Below the pieces are notes generated by a model. It worked only from the letters and a program-made list of their open reading frames with translations. It searched no databases and was not told where the DNA came from. Shown here in pieces: positions 1 to 12,996 of a stretch of DNA of 58,921 nt. Source of the DNA: Catajapyx aquilonaris (taxonomy: Eukaryota); contig JYFJ02002333.1 in the NCBI GenBank assembly GCA_000934665.2, forward strand, positions 1-58,921, read 5' to 3'. The stretch's first letter is position 1. Each line of letters opens with the position of its first letter. Position numbers and translations under genes: made by a program.

Positions 1-208
1 AATTACAGTTTGGCAATCGGATTTTTGAATATCAGATCAACGATTCTCAACCTTGTATAAAGTATATATAGTCGACACCCATGTCATGGGAAACGCAGAA
101 GTATTAAGAATTCTATAACAAACACATCATTTTCAAGGAGAAAAATTCCGTACATATGTAGAATCTTCTTTAATATCTGTACTTATTAACTTTGACAAGA
201 GTATTATG

Positions 209-1574
209 TTACAGCTTTCTTCGAAATGGTTTCGCAAGCATTTCTGTTGTATTGTACAAAATCCAGCGTGCCATTTGGCCAAATGTTCTATCATATCCCT
301 TAACATTTTCCTCTGTGAAGTTCATATCGATTCCAGTCTCGTTGATATCTTTTATGGTGAGATACCATCGATGATGTATAAGAAGGTGCACAGAGTAGTA
401 TTTTTCCTTCCATCCTTCCCAGTCCTCGTTATAAAGTTCATTAGTCATCACGCGCACACCGAAGTACTCGACTACTCGATGTATCAGTTCTGGATGCGGA
501 ATTAAAACACTATTTGTGGGTAGTTCACCAGCGTTGTAGTACCAGAGTCCCGGGTTATAATATTGGTACGTTTCCAGCCATTTTCTCAGGAAACGGGCGT
601 TTTTGTGTGCCACCAGAATCTAAAACAAAGAGAGAAATTGACAGCTTTTAGGTGTCTTGGTATTACGAGGGGACGATTTTATAAATTCACAGTACTGCCG
701 TGGCTAAATACTCATTTGGGTCCCATCCGATTGTCATTTCGAATTTTCGGAAGGTATCCAGACTCTTCAAAAGTAATAAATCCAAATCCAGATATATTCC
801 TCCATAAGCCATCAAGATCTACAAAGGAAATGAAGCGTATTGTCATAAATCACATTATAATAGAGCATAATAAAGTACTGTACCTGAATTCGTGAAACGT
901 CTGAGAAGTGCCAAACATGATATCCTCCTTGAAGGCCATTTATTTTCAATTCCAGCTCCTTATATCGGACATGTAAAATATGGCCCAGTTTTTCTTTCAG
1001 TTTGTTCCAATAATAGCCATTAATATTCAATATATTAGTATGAATGAATATGTAGGACGGTTTTTGGACCTTGTATGCTGACAAAATGCAAAGATACTCG
1101 GTGAAAGAGATGTTTTTGAGATTGAACCTGTAAATGGAGCTCATTGTACTGCAAATAAATTAAGCCATACACTTAACATGAAATGGAAATTATCGGTCAT
1201 ATTTTTGGCAAAAATTAGTTAGACATTTCTAAAAAATATATAGTTCGTCAGGAGGCACAATGTTATTGTACTTATAAGTACCGAAAAATACTTATTATAT
1301 CGTAAAACCAAAAATTTAATTATTACCTGATGAAGTGTACGATGTTAGGAACAATAAAATGATCAACTCCAGTTTCGTTGTCGAATCCTTCAAAAGATTC
1401 TGGAGTCAGATATGGCATGGTGATATACATATCGGCAGGTAACGAGGCGTTTTCTTTCCATTCCAGAAAGGTGCCGTTTCCTCGAGATCGGTATTTGAAA
1501 AGAATGAAGCTCATCACGATTAACACGGACAAAACTAATCGGAGACACCAGATCAGAATTTTATTTCTTCTCAT
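209..1574 (-). CDS. GT32-like glycosyltransferase (DxD sugar-binding, alpha-1,4-GlcNAc/Gal transferase-like), copy A, ~341 aa
   Basis: Exons 1574-1327, 1127-884, 818-696, 619-209 with GT-AG introns and consistent phase (1026 nt). N-terminal TM anchor, IVPNIVHFIR, SDVSRI, YGGIYLDLD motifs typical of the Gly_transf_sug/GT32 family. Confidence 0.88.
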
Positions 1575-2032
1575 TTTGAAAACCTGTCAGAAAGAAATCC
1601 TTGATAATTACTGGATATTATTGACTTGCGAAAGAATAAAAAAATTCAATAAAATATTCGACAACGATATAAACAATATTATTTTTGATTGAGACCATCT
1701 TACCTTGGCCAAACCCAAACGAACCAGACAGTCAACTCCAGTCCCGTCTAGAACGTAAACCAGCCAGACGCAAGCTGCACAGAGGCAGTAACAAAACAAT
1801 GGATTTCCATTTCTACGTTTATCTGCTGAGAAGTTGTGTCTAACAATAGACACATGACAACATGTTGTAACAGCTTTGGTTCTGATATCACGAAGGATTG
1901 CTGCAATAGGTAATTGCAATTGAAGGGTATTGTGCAAGAAGGGGGTGTCAAATTTTGATCGGCGTTCATTTAATGGGTAGACTCTTTAGGATTTTTGAAA
2001 CTACATCTGAGAGTTTGTATTAAGAACTACAG

Positions 2033-2098
2033 TATATTGGGATGGGATAAATGCCTGTTTATGTATAACAGGCAATCAGGCATTTATCCATTCCAAAT
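2033..2098. repeat. Inverted repeat/hairpin, part of a short dispersed element also present inverted at ~3380-3450
   Basis: ttgggatgggataaatgcctg ... caggcatttatccattccaa; 2033-2056 is the exact reverse complement of 3380-3403. Confidence 0.75.
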
Positions 2099-2351
2099 GA
2101 AACTCCAAAATTGATCATCCTGTTACAAAACATTTTTTGGTTATGGATGGGATTCTTGATGCGGGATTCTCAACCTTGTGTTCCGTAATGTAGTCGACAC
2201 GTCCATGTCATGACAAACGCAAAAAAATATTAAGAATTCTATAACAAACACATTATTTTCAATGAAAAAAATTCTGTGCAGCGTGTAACGGTTCATATGC
2301 AATTTGCTTTAATATCTGTACTTATTAACTTTGACAAGAGGAATTATTGTG

Positions 2352-4351
2352 TTACAGCTTTCTTCGAAATGGTTCCGCAAGCATTTCTGTTGTATTGTAC
2401 AAAATCCAGCGTGCCATTTGGCCAAATGTTCTATCATATCCCTTAACATTTTCCTCTGTGAAGTTCATATCGATGCCAGTCTCGTTGATATCTTTTATGT
2501 TGAGATAGCTTCGATGTCGTATAAGAAGATGTACAGAGTAGTATTTTCCCTTCCATCCTTCCCAGTCCACGTTATAAAGTTCATGGGTCATCTGGCGCAC
2601 ACCAAAGTACTCGACAACTCGATGTATCAGTTCTGGATGTGGAATTAGAACACTTGTTGTCGGTAGTTCACCAGCGTTGTAGTACCAGAGTCCCGGGTTA
2701 TAATATTGGTACGTTTCCAGCCATTTTCTCAGGAAACGGGCGTTTTTGTGTGCCACCAGAATCTAAAACAAAGATAGTAATTGGTATTAATCATTAACAT
2801 CTTTCAGTGGTGTTTTGGTATTATTATTAGAGGACAATAATGCAACAAGTGTTATATCTCTCAAAAAGTCATTCCAGTAATATTAGCAAGGCATGAAAAT
2901 ATGTTAGGAATGGCTACGAAAGTAAGTAATGTTTATACAGTTAATTATATCAGATCATTACTTTAAAGCATATATTTTTTTTAGCTATATGTGGATTAAG
3001 TTATGAAAATCCTATTACTCGAATCAGTAATCACATTCCTTCCCAAATAATTTTATTGAGGGCATTTTATAAATTCGCAGTACTTGCGTGGCTAAATACT
3101 GATTTGGATCCCATCCGATTGTCATTTCGAATTTTCTAAAGGTATCCAGGCTCTTCAAAAGCAATAAATCCGAATCCAGATATATTCCTCCATACGCCAT
3201 CAAGATCTACAAAGGAAATGAGTGTATTGTCAGAAATCAATATTGTAGAGCATTGAATCTCGCATTGAATATTTGGCGATAAATTATAACGTACAGGTCG
3301 AGAATCAATCGAGAATCCATAACCAAAGATGATTTTCAATGTAAATTAGCATAATAACATGGGATCGCTTTTCGCAGAGAGGCATTTATCCCATCCCAAT
3401 ATAATTATGCTGTATTTCTTAATAGAGGTAACATAAACTTTCAAATGTAGTTTTGTCAATTTTACATAATTTTATATAAGTTCAGAAATAATAAGCGGTG
3501 ATCAGTTATTTGCATCAGATCATGCTGTTATATAAACACTATTTTGAAAATTCAAACTTCAATCAAAGCACACTTACAATGATGAATTAAAATTAAATTA
3601 AATTATTATTTTAACCTGGCAGATTGCAGTTATAAATCACTCGAAAATTAATCATTCGGAAATACAGGGAAATACTAATCGAATAATAAAGTACCTGAAT
3701 TCGTGAAACGTCTGAGAAGTGAAAAACATGATATCCTCCTTGAAGGCCATTTATATTCGATGCCAGCTCCTTGTAGCGGACATGCAAAACATTCCCCAGT
3801 TTTTCTTTAAGTTTGCTCCAATAATATCCATCAATATTCAATATATTCGAATGAATAAATATGTAAGACGGATTTTGGACCTTGTATGCTGACAAAATGC
3901 AGAGGTACTCGATGAAAGACATGTTTTTCTGGTTGAACCTGTAAATAGAGCTCATTTTACTGCAAATAAATTCATCCACCCACTTAAAATGAAATGAAAT
4001 GAAGGAATGAAATTGAAAATTATCGGCCATGTTATTGTCAAAAATTAGTTAGACATTGCTTAATAATTGAACGTATATTCCTGAATAATTGAATTTTTAC
4101 CTGATGAAGTGTACGATGTTAGGAACAATAAAATGATCGACTCCAGTTTCGTTGTTGAATCCTTCAAAAGATTCTGGAGTCAGATATGGCATGTTTAGAT
4201 ACAGATCGGCAGGTAACGAGGCGTTGTCTTTCCACTCCAGAAAGGTGCCGTTTCCTCGAGATCGGTATTCAAAAAGAATGAAGCTCATCACGATTAACAC
4301 TGACATCAAAACTAATCGGCGACACCAGATCAGCATTTTATTTCTTCTCAT
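2352..4351 (-). CDS. GT32-like glycosyltransferase copy B, ~342 aa; recent duplicate of copy A
   Basis: Exons 4351-4101, 3938-3695, 3206-3084, 2762-2352 (1029 nt, open frame); YGGIYLDSD. High nucleotide similarity to copy A including intron edges and 3' flank (about 2165-4434 vs 42-1657). Confidence 0.88.
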
Positions 4352-4470
4352 TTTGAAAACCTGTCAGAAAGAAATCCTTGATCATTACTGGATATTATTG
4401 ACTTGCGAAAGGATGCAAAAATTCAATAAAATATGAATAAAAAAATTAACGCTTTCGCAAATTTTTCCAG

Positions 4471-4476
4471 TTTATT
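4471..4476 (-). terminator. Putative polyadenylation signal (AATAAA) of glycosyltransferase copy C
   Basis: tttatt on the + strand, ~90 nt downstream of the copy C stop codon. Confidence 0.5.
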
Positions 4477-4567
4477 ACGCATCAGTACAGTATTTCTTAG
4501 TCAGTACACCACCATAATATCCTCATATTAAGTCAATTTGCCAGCAGCATCTTTTGCGCTTTAAACT

Positions 4568-7201
4568 TTAAATAACATGTCGTCTAAATTTGAACCGTGA
4601 ACCATGTCTGATGGATTTTGCCAGCAAATCAGTGGTGTTGTACAAGATCCAACGTGCCATGCTGCCAAACGTCCTGTCGTATCCTTTAATGTTATCCTCG
4701 GTGAACTCGGTAAGGATTCCTGTTTCCTCAACATCTTTCGGGTTAAGGTAAATCCTATGTCTTATTAGTAGATGCATCGCAAAGTATCTGTCATCCCATT
4801 TGTCCACGTTTTCGTCGTAAAGCAACTTGGTCATATCACGCACTCCAAATTGCTCAATCACTCGATGTACAAGTTGCGGACGTGAGTAGAGAACACTTGT
4901 TGTAGGAAGTTGTCCTGCATTGTAATACCATTTTGTAGGATCGTAGTGTTGATATGTCTCAAGCCATTTCCGTAGGAAGCGGGCGTTTCGATGAGCAACT
5001 AGCAGCTTTTGTAAAGATGAGAGAATGAGATGTTATAATTATGCCATTTTTCTTTAACTATATTTAGTGCCCACTCACTAACAACATAACAATAGAAATG
5101 GAGCACATACGTTCAAGTATAGAATTACAGAAATGCTCTGTTTCATCATTCTCAAAAATTAAATTATATCAAAATAATGCGTGTCTACAAAATAATCGTG
5201 AGGGTCTGATATTTATACCAGTGACTGAAGTTACCTGAGTCCCCAAATGCGCATTTAGAGGCCACCCAATAGCCATTTCGTATTTCCGGAATGGATCCAA
5301 GCTTTTCAAGAGAAGAGTGTCGCTATCCAGGTATATTCCGCCGTATTGCATGAGAACCTGTGAAGTATACATTGTTAAACCCCATATTATTTCATTTTGT
5401 AATATTGAAAATTCCTTCTGACATCTTTTGCCATCTTTGTATTGTACTACTGTATAGAGTATACTGTATATCGAGGACACCGCAGTTCATATTTCGCTTA
5501 GGGAAATGCTTGGGGGATTAGTTTCTTTTTTTGTTTTGCTAATTTTCGTGAAAAATATTTTGAAAATATTAACATTTGGGCCATTCTTTGACAGACCCCA
5601 GAAAGATATTCACTTGATATTTTAGGGAAGAAATCTTTGTGTGTAATTGAGGCTATAGTGTGGAACACATCAATTTCCCCCTACTACGCTATCAGTCATA
5701 GATCACGAAATATGAGGAGGTCAAATGGCAATAATTGATCTAAGGCATGTGCGGTCACAAACAGATTATTCGATAACTATGTGTACTTTACATTGGCATT
5801 TAAAATTTTGGCAACGTCCACATGAAAACACGATTCCGACCGAAAATCCAATATGGGATCATAAAGTATGTGTGATTANTGTGTGTATGGGAGGGGGGGG
5901 GGGCATACACACATAACCACACATACTGCACACCAAGAGACAAACCAGAGAGATAATCATAAATAATTGCATATTTTGTCACGTGGATTCATATTGCATA
6001 ATATATATTGGTGAAAATATCGGATGTTATGCTCGTATTTGCGTACGAGATATACATGAAATGACAGAAAATTTTCTGCCACTTATTTTCAGACGCACAT
6101 ATAGTATACGACAGGTCAGCGCATTATCCTTCAATAATACACTAGTTTAGGTTTAATATCCAGCATTTGATTATAGGATCAAAATCTCAGGAATCAGACT
6201 TATGTACTGTATACAGCATACACACATAATGTACCTTAGAAAATTTATTAAAAATTTGTATAAGCCTATCTCGGACGTATGAATGACAAAAAAGTTACTC
6301 ATGTTCCCACTATATCATCAACTACACAAGTCAAACATTGTTCTCAAAGAATGATATGTGAACTTATGAAATTTTCTCTCTCGGAATTATGAAACAGGCT
6401 CGCAACAGGTCATTCCACCCGATTCCACCCTTCCGAGAGAGAGAAAATGGTATTTTGATATGACAAGATTAATAGACCTCTAATCGGCGCAAATCGGCGC
6501 TTCTGATACTTTTTGTGCAAATACGTACCTGTATCCGAGCCACGTCTGAATAATGAAAAGTGTGGTGTTCACCCCGATAGCCATTAATATCATCTGGCAG
6601 TTCCTTGTAACGCAACCTCAGTGACTTTCCAATCACTTGTTTCAGTTTGTTCCAGTAGTATCCTCGTATGTCCATTAAATTAGTATGTATATATAAATAG
6701 TCCGGCTTTTGCAACTTATGGGCTGCTACTATGCACAAATATTCAATAAATGGCATAGTCTGGAGGTCAAATCTGAAAGTATACCTGGATTAATTTAAGA
6801 CAATAATTAATGTGCAAAGGAAATTAAAATGTATTACAGCTGCAATATTGCTTTAATCCATTATTTTAGTAATAACATTGATTTACAGTTCACACAGTCC
6901 ACCTTATTAAAACCTGACATACAGTATTTAAGAAATTGAAATTATTCGAGTAACTATATATTTACCTGATGAAGTGCACAATATTGGGCACAATGTAGTG
7001 GTCAGCTCCTGTAACATTATCGAAATGCTCAAAAGACTCCGGATTGGGATACTCCATGTCTACATCATCCGGAGGGGGGATGTTTTCCATAAAATCAAGG
7101 ACGCTGGTTCTTGGACGCTTGCTGTAGACGATGAATACCACTGTGACACAAAACAACGGTGCGAAAATATTGCACATCCTTGCCATTTTCGTAATTCTCA
7201 T
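4568..7201 (-). CDS. GT32-like glycosyltransferase copy C, ~346 aa
   Basis: Exons 7201-6966, 6772-6529, 5357-5235, 5005-4568 (1041 nt); YGGIYLDSD; same 244/123-nt internal exons as A and B. Confidence 0.88.
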
Positions 7202-7619
7202 CTTGCAGGCTTTGCCAAGAGAAACACTATAACTGCCGCGCTCAATAACCCAACCGCCACACCTTCAGGTGCAAACATCGTGTGTTTTCCAATGAAAGAA
7301 ATTTGTTGCATAGAAACGTGCGGCCTCAGACATGCGTGACAAGCAAAGGTGACAAGTGACCCAAGAGCATGCCCAAGAGCGTCCGTCGTTGTCGGAAGAG
7401 ACATGAAGCAACAATTATTATGTCGGGGCCTACTTGTGTATGAGTGCTCTTCTGACGTTGCGATGTATTGTTCCAGTTGTTGGTTCCTTTGGGTCAGACA
7501 TTCTGCTCCCGAACAGGTTATTGCCACCTCTCCAGAGTAATCATCACCAAGCAGCAAGAAGTGAGGGATGAGGAAATGGGAGCGGAACCACATGTGGAAG
7601 GCAGATTTTTTGACAGTAT

Positions 7620-7711
7620 TGGAGGAAGCAGGATAACCCCGAGCAAATCCAGCCGAATACGGAGAGAACCCATCAAAACTCTTGACACAGAAAAATCCGC
7701 GGTCCGACCCG
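7620..7711 (-). mobile_element. Degenerate internal fragment of the SINE family at 12665-12996
   Basis: ggaggaagcaggataaccccgagc...ggagagaacccatcaaaactc...gtccgacccg aligns by eye to the SINE core. Confidence 0.65.
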
Positions 7712-9012
7712 ATGAAAGTCTGCTGTGATATTGTGACGTTACCCTCTTCTGCCATTGGATTGACAAAGAATAGAGTAGAATAGATTTAGCTGTGTGTGAG
7801 AGTATTTTTTTAAAATTACAAGGTGTGACATAGAGGCATTTATTGCTAGTATAATATTGTGCTGCAACATGTTGAACCAATTGCATGCTGTTTCATAATA
7901 ACACCCATGTCGTTCTAGAGGGAAATTCTAGTCACTAATACTGCTAATACGTAATATCACTTTATGGGCAGGTGTCATTTTAAGCCTCAGGCCCTCAGAA
8001 GCTCGTAACCTAGACAATAGGTTGCAAACACATGTCATGATTTATCCTGGCAGGTAGGTACGTATGTGTCCCTTCGCGCGACCTTCCCTTTTTTAAAATA
8101 TTAGGTGTTACCATGCAATTTTAATTTATGAGTTCTTCTTCAAACCCCGTTAAGACTATAATTATTATCATCCTCGATTCTCTTGTTAAGATTAAACCAC
8201 CGTAATATTATTGGGTACAAGTGTGCAACATCCTGCAATCATATGCCGGCAAAACGATATGTATAGGATACTAAAATTCAAGTGGGCAACAAATGCCGCG
8301 GACGACTATCCTGATACCAATCCACTTCAACAGGGAAGTAGGCTCCAATCTGCACGGTTATTTGTGATACAGATCATTAGGAAAAGAAGGATATTTTAAT
8401 ACTTCTCTGATCACAAGTAACTACATATAAATTAATTATTCATATTATAATGGGATGGGATTAACATATCCTGAAACACCCCGCCATACAAAAGAGAAGG
8501 CGCATGAGCACACTGTGTGCTTTTCTATAGCGGGGGCCCATACTATAAAATTCAACCATACTGTACTCCATAACCTCAACGATGGTTTTTCAGTCATGCA
8601 CGCCAATTTACATGCAAACAAAAAATAATATTTTTGAACTTCTCTGGATAGACCCTATACATTGCATGCCGCTTTAAATATACTAACTGCACGCAAACAC
8701 GATGTCGACCACAGCAATTTTTAAACCATCAAACCAGACTTTGTAGGCTTATGTGAATCACTCTTACCGCCAATCGCCAAAGCCTATTATTTCTTTCCTC
8801 TATTGGTAACTCTCAGAGATGCATTAGACTCACAGCTCTCTGCAGGTGATGACCGAATCGGAAAACAGCTTATTGAAAATTAATTACCACAAAATCAATT
8901 GTTGCTTTGTACGGGCAGTACGGCACACTGTACTGCACAAATACTGCACTGCAGAATTAAATAAACAACTCTAACTCCTTTGACTGGGTTTGGATAACAA
9001 TACATACATTTA

Positions 9013-10722
9013 TTAGGGCTTAGGCGACGCCACTCTGACACCAACACTGCTTCCATTCACCACAACACCATCAGTTGCAGGAGACGCCCATGGAGGTGGT
9101 TCAAGCAACTTTGTAGTACCATACAGCACCCACCTTGCCATCTGTCCAAACGCTCTGTCATACCACCTCACATTAAACTCGTCAAAGTCCAGTATCCCCG
9201 ACAACTCCAGGTCCTTTCTGGCCAAATAGGAGCGATGCCTGGCCAGCAAGTGCACCGCATGCAGTTCTTTCCACCCTTCCCAATTGGTCAAGTACAGCTC
9301 CTGGACCAGCTGGTGCACCCCGAAGGACACTGGTACCCTATGCACCAAGTGAGGCTGAGGTACCAGCACTATCTGCGTTGGTGCATCCCCAGCGTTGTGG
9401 TACCATAGACGAGGCTTGTACTGTCTGTAGCAGTCCAACCAACGACTCAAGAAGCGGGCCTTGTTGTGTGCCACCAGTACCTTTGCAAGGGTTTTAATAT
9501 TAGAGAGCGTCACTTTGTTGCTATAGTGGCTACCGGCTGGAAAGGGTATGACAGGGTGTGAAACATGTATACTCTGCACGCCACCTTCCACTTCCAAGGA
9601 ATAGTGAAGGTAAAAAAAAAAAGTACTGGCCTACATGCGGATTCGATCTTTCCATAGCAGGAACTATGTAGGAATGGGTATACTGTAGAATGATATTGTG
9701 TGGATGGTTCTAAAGAAATGTTTGCTCAGTGGTATGTTATTTTTTTTAAATGGCGTGTATTAATTACGGGAAAGAATTCACACGCCCATTCCACAGGGAG
9801 CCCGGTTTTAAATTACGCTGATCAAATTACGTGACGCTCAATGGGTTGGGAATAGGAAAACACTATTCACGGGCTTTTCATTAGCGCAATTATTTGCTCA
9901 ACCTACTGCTCACTATTTTTTTTTTTCATTTGTAATTTGTAACCAATAATGTGATTGAATCTTACCTGAGTTCCTATGCTTTGTCCATGTGGCCAGCCAA
10001 TGGTCATCTCAAAATGTCGAAAGTAATCCAGGGACTTAAGTAGAAGAGCATCGTTATCCAGGAAAATCCCTCCGTGTTGTTGCAGTACTTGAATTCTAGC
10101 AACATCTGCACTGTGGTGTACCGAGCTGAGCCTCTGGCCGAATATGTATGTAGGGCTCCAAAGAGGACGCACTTGTAGTATATCTTTAGAAATGTTTCCA
10201 CGGAGGAGAGACCAATAGTACCCTTCAAATTCAGGTACGTCCGTGTGAATATAAATGGCATTCGGCTTCTGGATCTTCATGGCAGCCATAACACACAAAA
10301 AGTCCACAAAGTCTAATGTCTTCTTACGAAATCTGAAATAAATATATTTTTTAAAGTAAGTATTATTAGTGGTATGTGACGTCGAAACAAGACAAGTCAT
10401 TGAACGATGTAGCCAGTGTCATAATTTTATTGTTGTGCACGTTAACTTCAGGATAATATTCGTACCTAATAAAGTGGACAATATTTGGCACTATGAGGTA
10501 CGACGAGCCCGTGTTGTTGTCAAACCCTTCGAAATCCACATAGTCTTTGGCCTGCCAGTTGTGCCATGCCGCCCTGGCTCTGGCACCGCTGATTCTGGGC
10601 GCCAAGGTGACCCAGAGATGGCGGAAGAAGAAGCATGCCAACAGTACCCCAGTCAACACCAGGCATATCCTGGAAGGCCGGGTCCTCACCCAGCACATCA
10701 ACCTAAACACCACTCTTCGCAT
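9013..10722 (-). CDS. GT32-like glycosyltransferase copy D, ~363 aa (most divergent)
   Basis: Exons 10722-10466, 10332-9966, 9480-9013 (1092 nt); HGGIFLDND. The 367-nt middle exon equals 244+123 of the other copies. Confidence 0.88.
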
Positions 10723-12661
10723 TCCGTCAATTCCTCCTCAATAATGTATGGCCACTAGAAGGTCACCAGGCGCCAATAGGTCTACGATCCATATGATGGC
10801 TCGCATGATGTGGTAGAGCACGCAAAAGCACCTGTAGCAAAGTTTACGATTAATCAAAACAATTGGAAACAAAGAGGTCACTTACCTCCGTCTCTTCGTT
10901 GTTGATGCGTTTACACGGCACGGACCGGGCACGGACAGGTGTTCATACCTGCTGACTGTCAGCCTTACCTGATGTCTCAAGGACGTAGCATAGCCCTCTG
11001 CTCATGCGGTGGGGAAGCTTATTATTAAACACCTGTTTCTGGTGCACAGCCAATCCGATAGGGTCTTGGTATCGCCAGCAGTGCGTGCTGCTCATTGGTA
11101 TGGTGCAGAAAGAGGTCGCGGAACAACGCGTGGCTACCTCGAGGGAATTTACTAATATATGTCTGGGGCAGGGCATGGCGACAGATGTGCAATGCTATTA
11201 TGACATTCCAGGAATTTTGTGAGTTAGACGAACTGGCATTGCGTTTTGTATAGTGGAAGTCTCCAAGGCTACCGGTATCGCCTATACTTGCAATTAGTCT
11301 ACATATAGTGCAAAAATTACACGCTTTTTATAGCTCACACGCATGAGATCATTACATTTTGACATACTGTAGATCATATGTCATAAAGAATTATTGATGC
11401 ATAAATCCTTTTGAAAATGGACTCCCAGCCTTTGTTTTGCAAATATTGAGTTGCACATGCCGGCGAGGTGAGCTGGTGAAGGTATAGTCGTATCGTAATG
11501 CATCCCTGTATTTTGGAAACTATTTATAAAATGCCACAACAAATTCCAGCGTGTGTGTGGGTAGTAAATATGCTTGGAGCCCGAAGCATTCGAGGGGCCG
11601 TCTCATGAATCACTTCTGGCTGCAAAACATTGTCACGTGATAGAATTTGGGAAATGTGGAATCCGGAAAGTGACTCCACAATTTTATTAGTATAGTTTAT
11701 TCCGCGTTATTCCGAATTCTGGCTTAATATTTTGGGCACATCAAGTAATCCAACCTCAACAATGTATCGTAGTGCAGGCTAGAGTGAAACACGTGTGTAG
11801 CTTCGCAAATATTTTTCCAGATAAATTGAAGTAGGCCTACACTTTAAAAAAATTCCGTAATGACCAAAGTTTCCGTACCGTAATGGACAAGTTTCGTTTG
11901 CTCTATACTGTGTATAGGCATGTTTTCCTACACGGCACTATCTGTCAATCCATCAAATGTCAGAATCTCGGATATTTTGTAAGTCTATGAATATGAGATT
12001 GAAACTCGTCAATTTAGCCCCATAAAAAGTGCAAAACTTGTGCTTTTACCTGCACATGCAAAATGCAGTATACATGCAGGTACTAGCACAGTTCAACTCG
12101 ATCATTACTTGCAGGAGTATATCCTTGGTCACGCAGACAAGATATTTACGACAGCGCAACGAAACTCTGTAGGTGGAAGGCCATCCGCATAATTATGACT
12201 ATTTAGGAATCTTGGTATTGGGTTGTTGCTTTATTATTGGTATGAGCGATGAACTGTTTCTTTCAGCAGAAAACTGATTTAAAATTTTAAATAATGACAT
12301 TAAAGATATGCATAATGGATAATGCCATGCCTATAGGGCCATGTGAGCTTAGTATGCATATATGGTGATTTATGAAGTAATCTTAGGTATTATTATGGGA
12401 TTTCCTTTCTGTTTTAATTATGGTATGTAATTTTGCGTTACTTTCGATTGTTCTTGAAGTTCCATGTCAAGGTCAATGTTGGAGGGGAAGTGGAGAGGTC
12501 TTTTCTTGACCCTATGTGCTTGTGTTCTCCTAAATGCAAGTGCTTTTAAAAATGGGTTAATGTGACAGGAATAGGTTGTACAAACTCCTCTTTTAAATGG
12601 ATCAGGATTTTATTATCAGACAACGTTCGTCACCATGAGAAGTTTACATAAGTTTTGGCAA

Positions 12662-12664
<3 letters not shown>

Positions 12665-12738
<74 letters not shown>

Positions 12739-12996
12739 CAACGGATACCCCGGGATAAGCCTCCTTGGGCTTTTTAGGAGATCATCTTTTTAATTAACCG
12801 ACTTTAATCATTGCCTTTGCTGTGATGGATTTGGATAGTGGGAGGAAACGCAGAACCCCGAGAAAACCAACGCGAACACGGAGAGAACCCATCGAAACTC
12901 TATCCACATAAGCATCCTCTGTCCGACCCGGGGATCGAACTCGGGACCTTAGAGGTGGAAGGCTGCGGCGCTAACCACTCCGGCACCGTGTCAGCC
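12665..12996 (-). mobile_element. Full-length tRNA-derived SINE with V-SINE-like core and (ATT)24 tail
   Basis: Minus strand starts ggctgacacggtgccggagtggttagc (A box) ... gagttcgatccc (B box). Tail (aat)24 at 12665-12736 on +. Perfect 16-bp TSD taagttttggcaaggt at 12649-12664 and 12997-13012. Confidence 0.92.

Noticed and set aside
5870..5905. N base beside a long G-run
   Set aside because: Sequencing or assembly uncertainty in an intron; the true length of copy C intron 2 may differ.
7198..7886. ORFs of 185 and 122 aa upstream of copy C
   Set aside because: No recognisable domain; overlap a SINE fragment; likely UTR or intergenic.
12920..12996. tRNA gene
   Set aside because: The A/B boxes belong to the SINE head, which continues into a core and tail and is bounded by a TSD.
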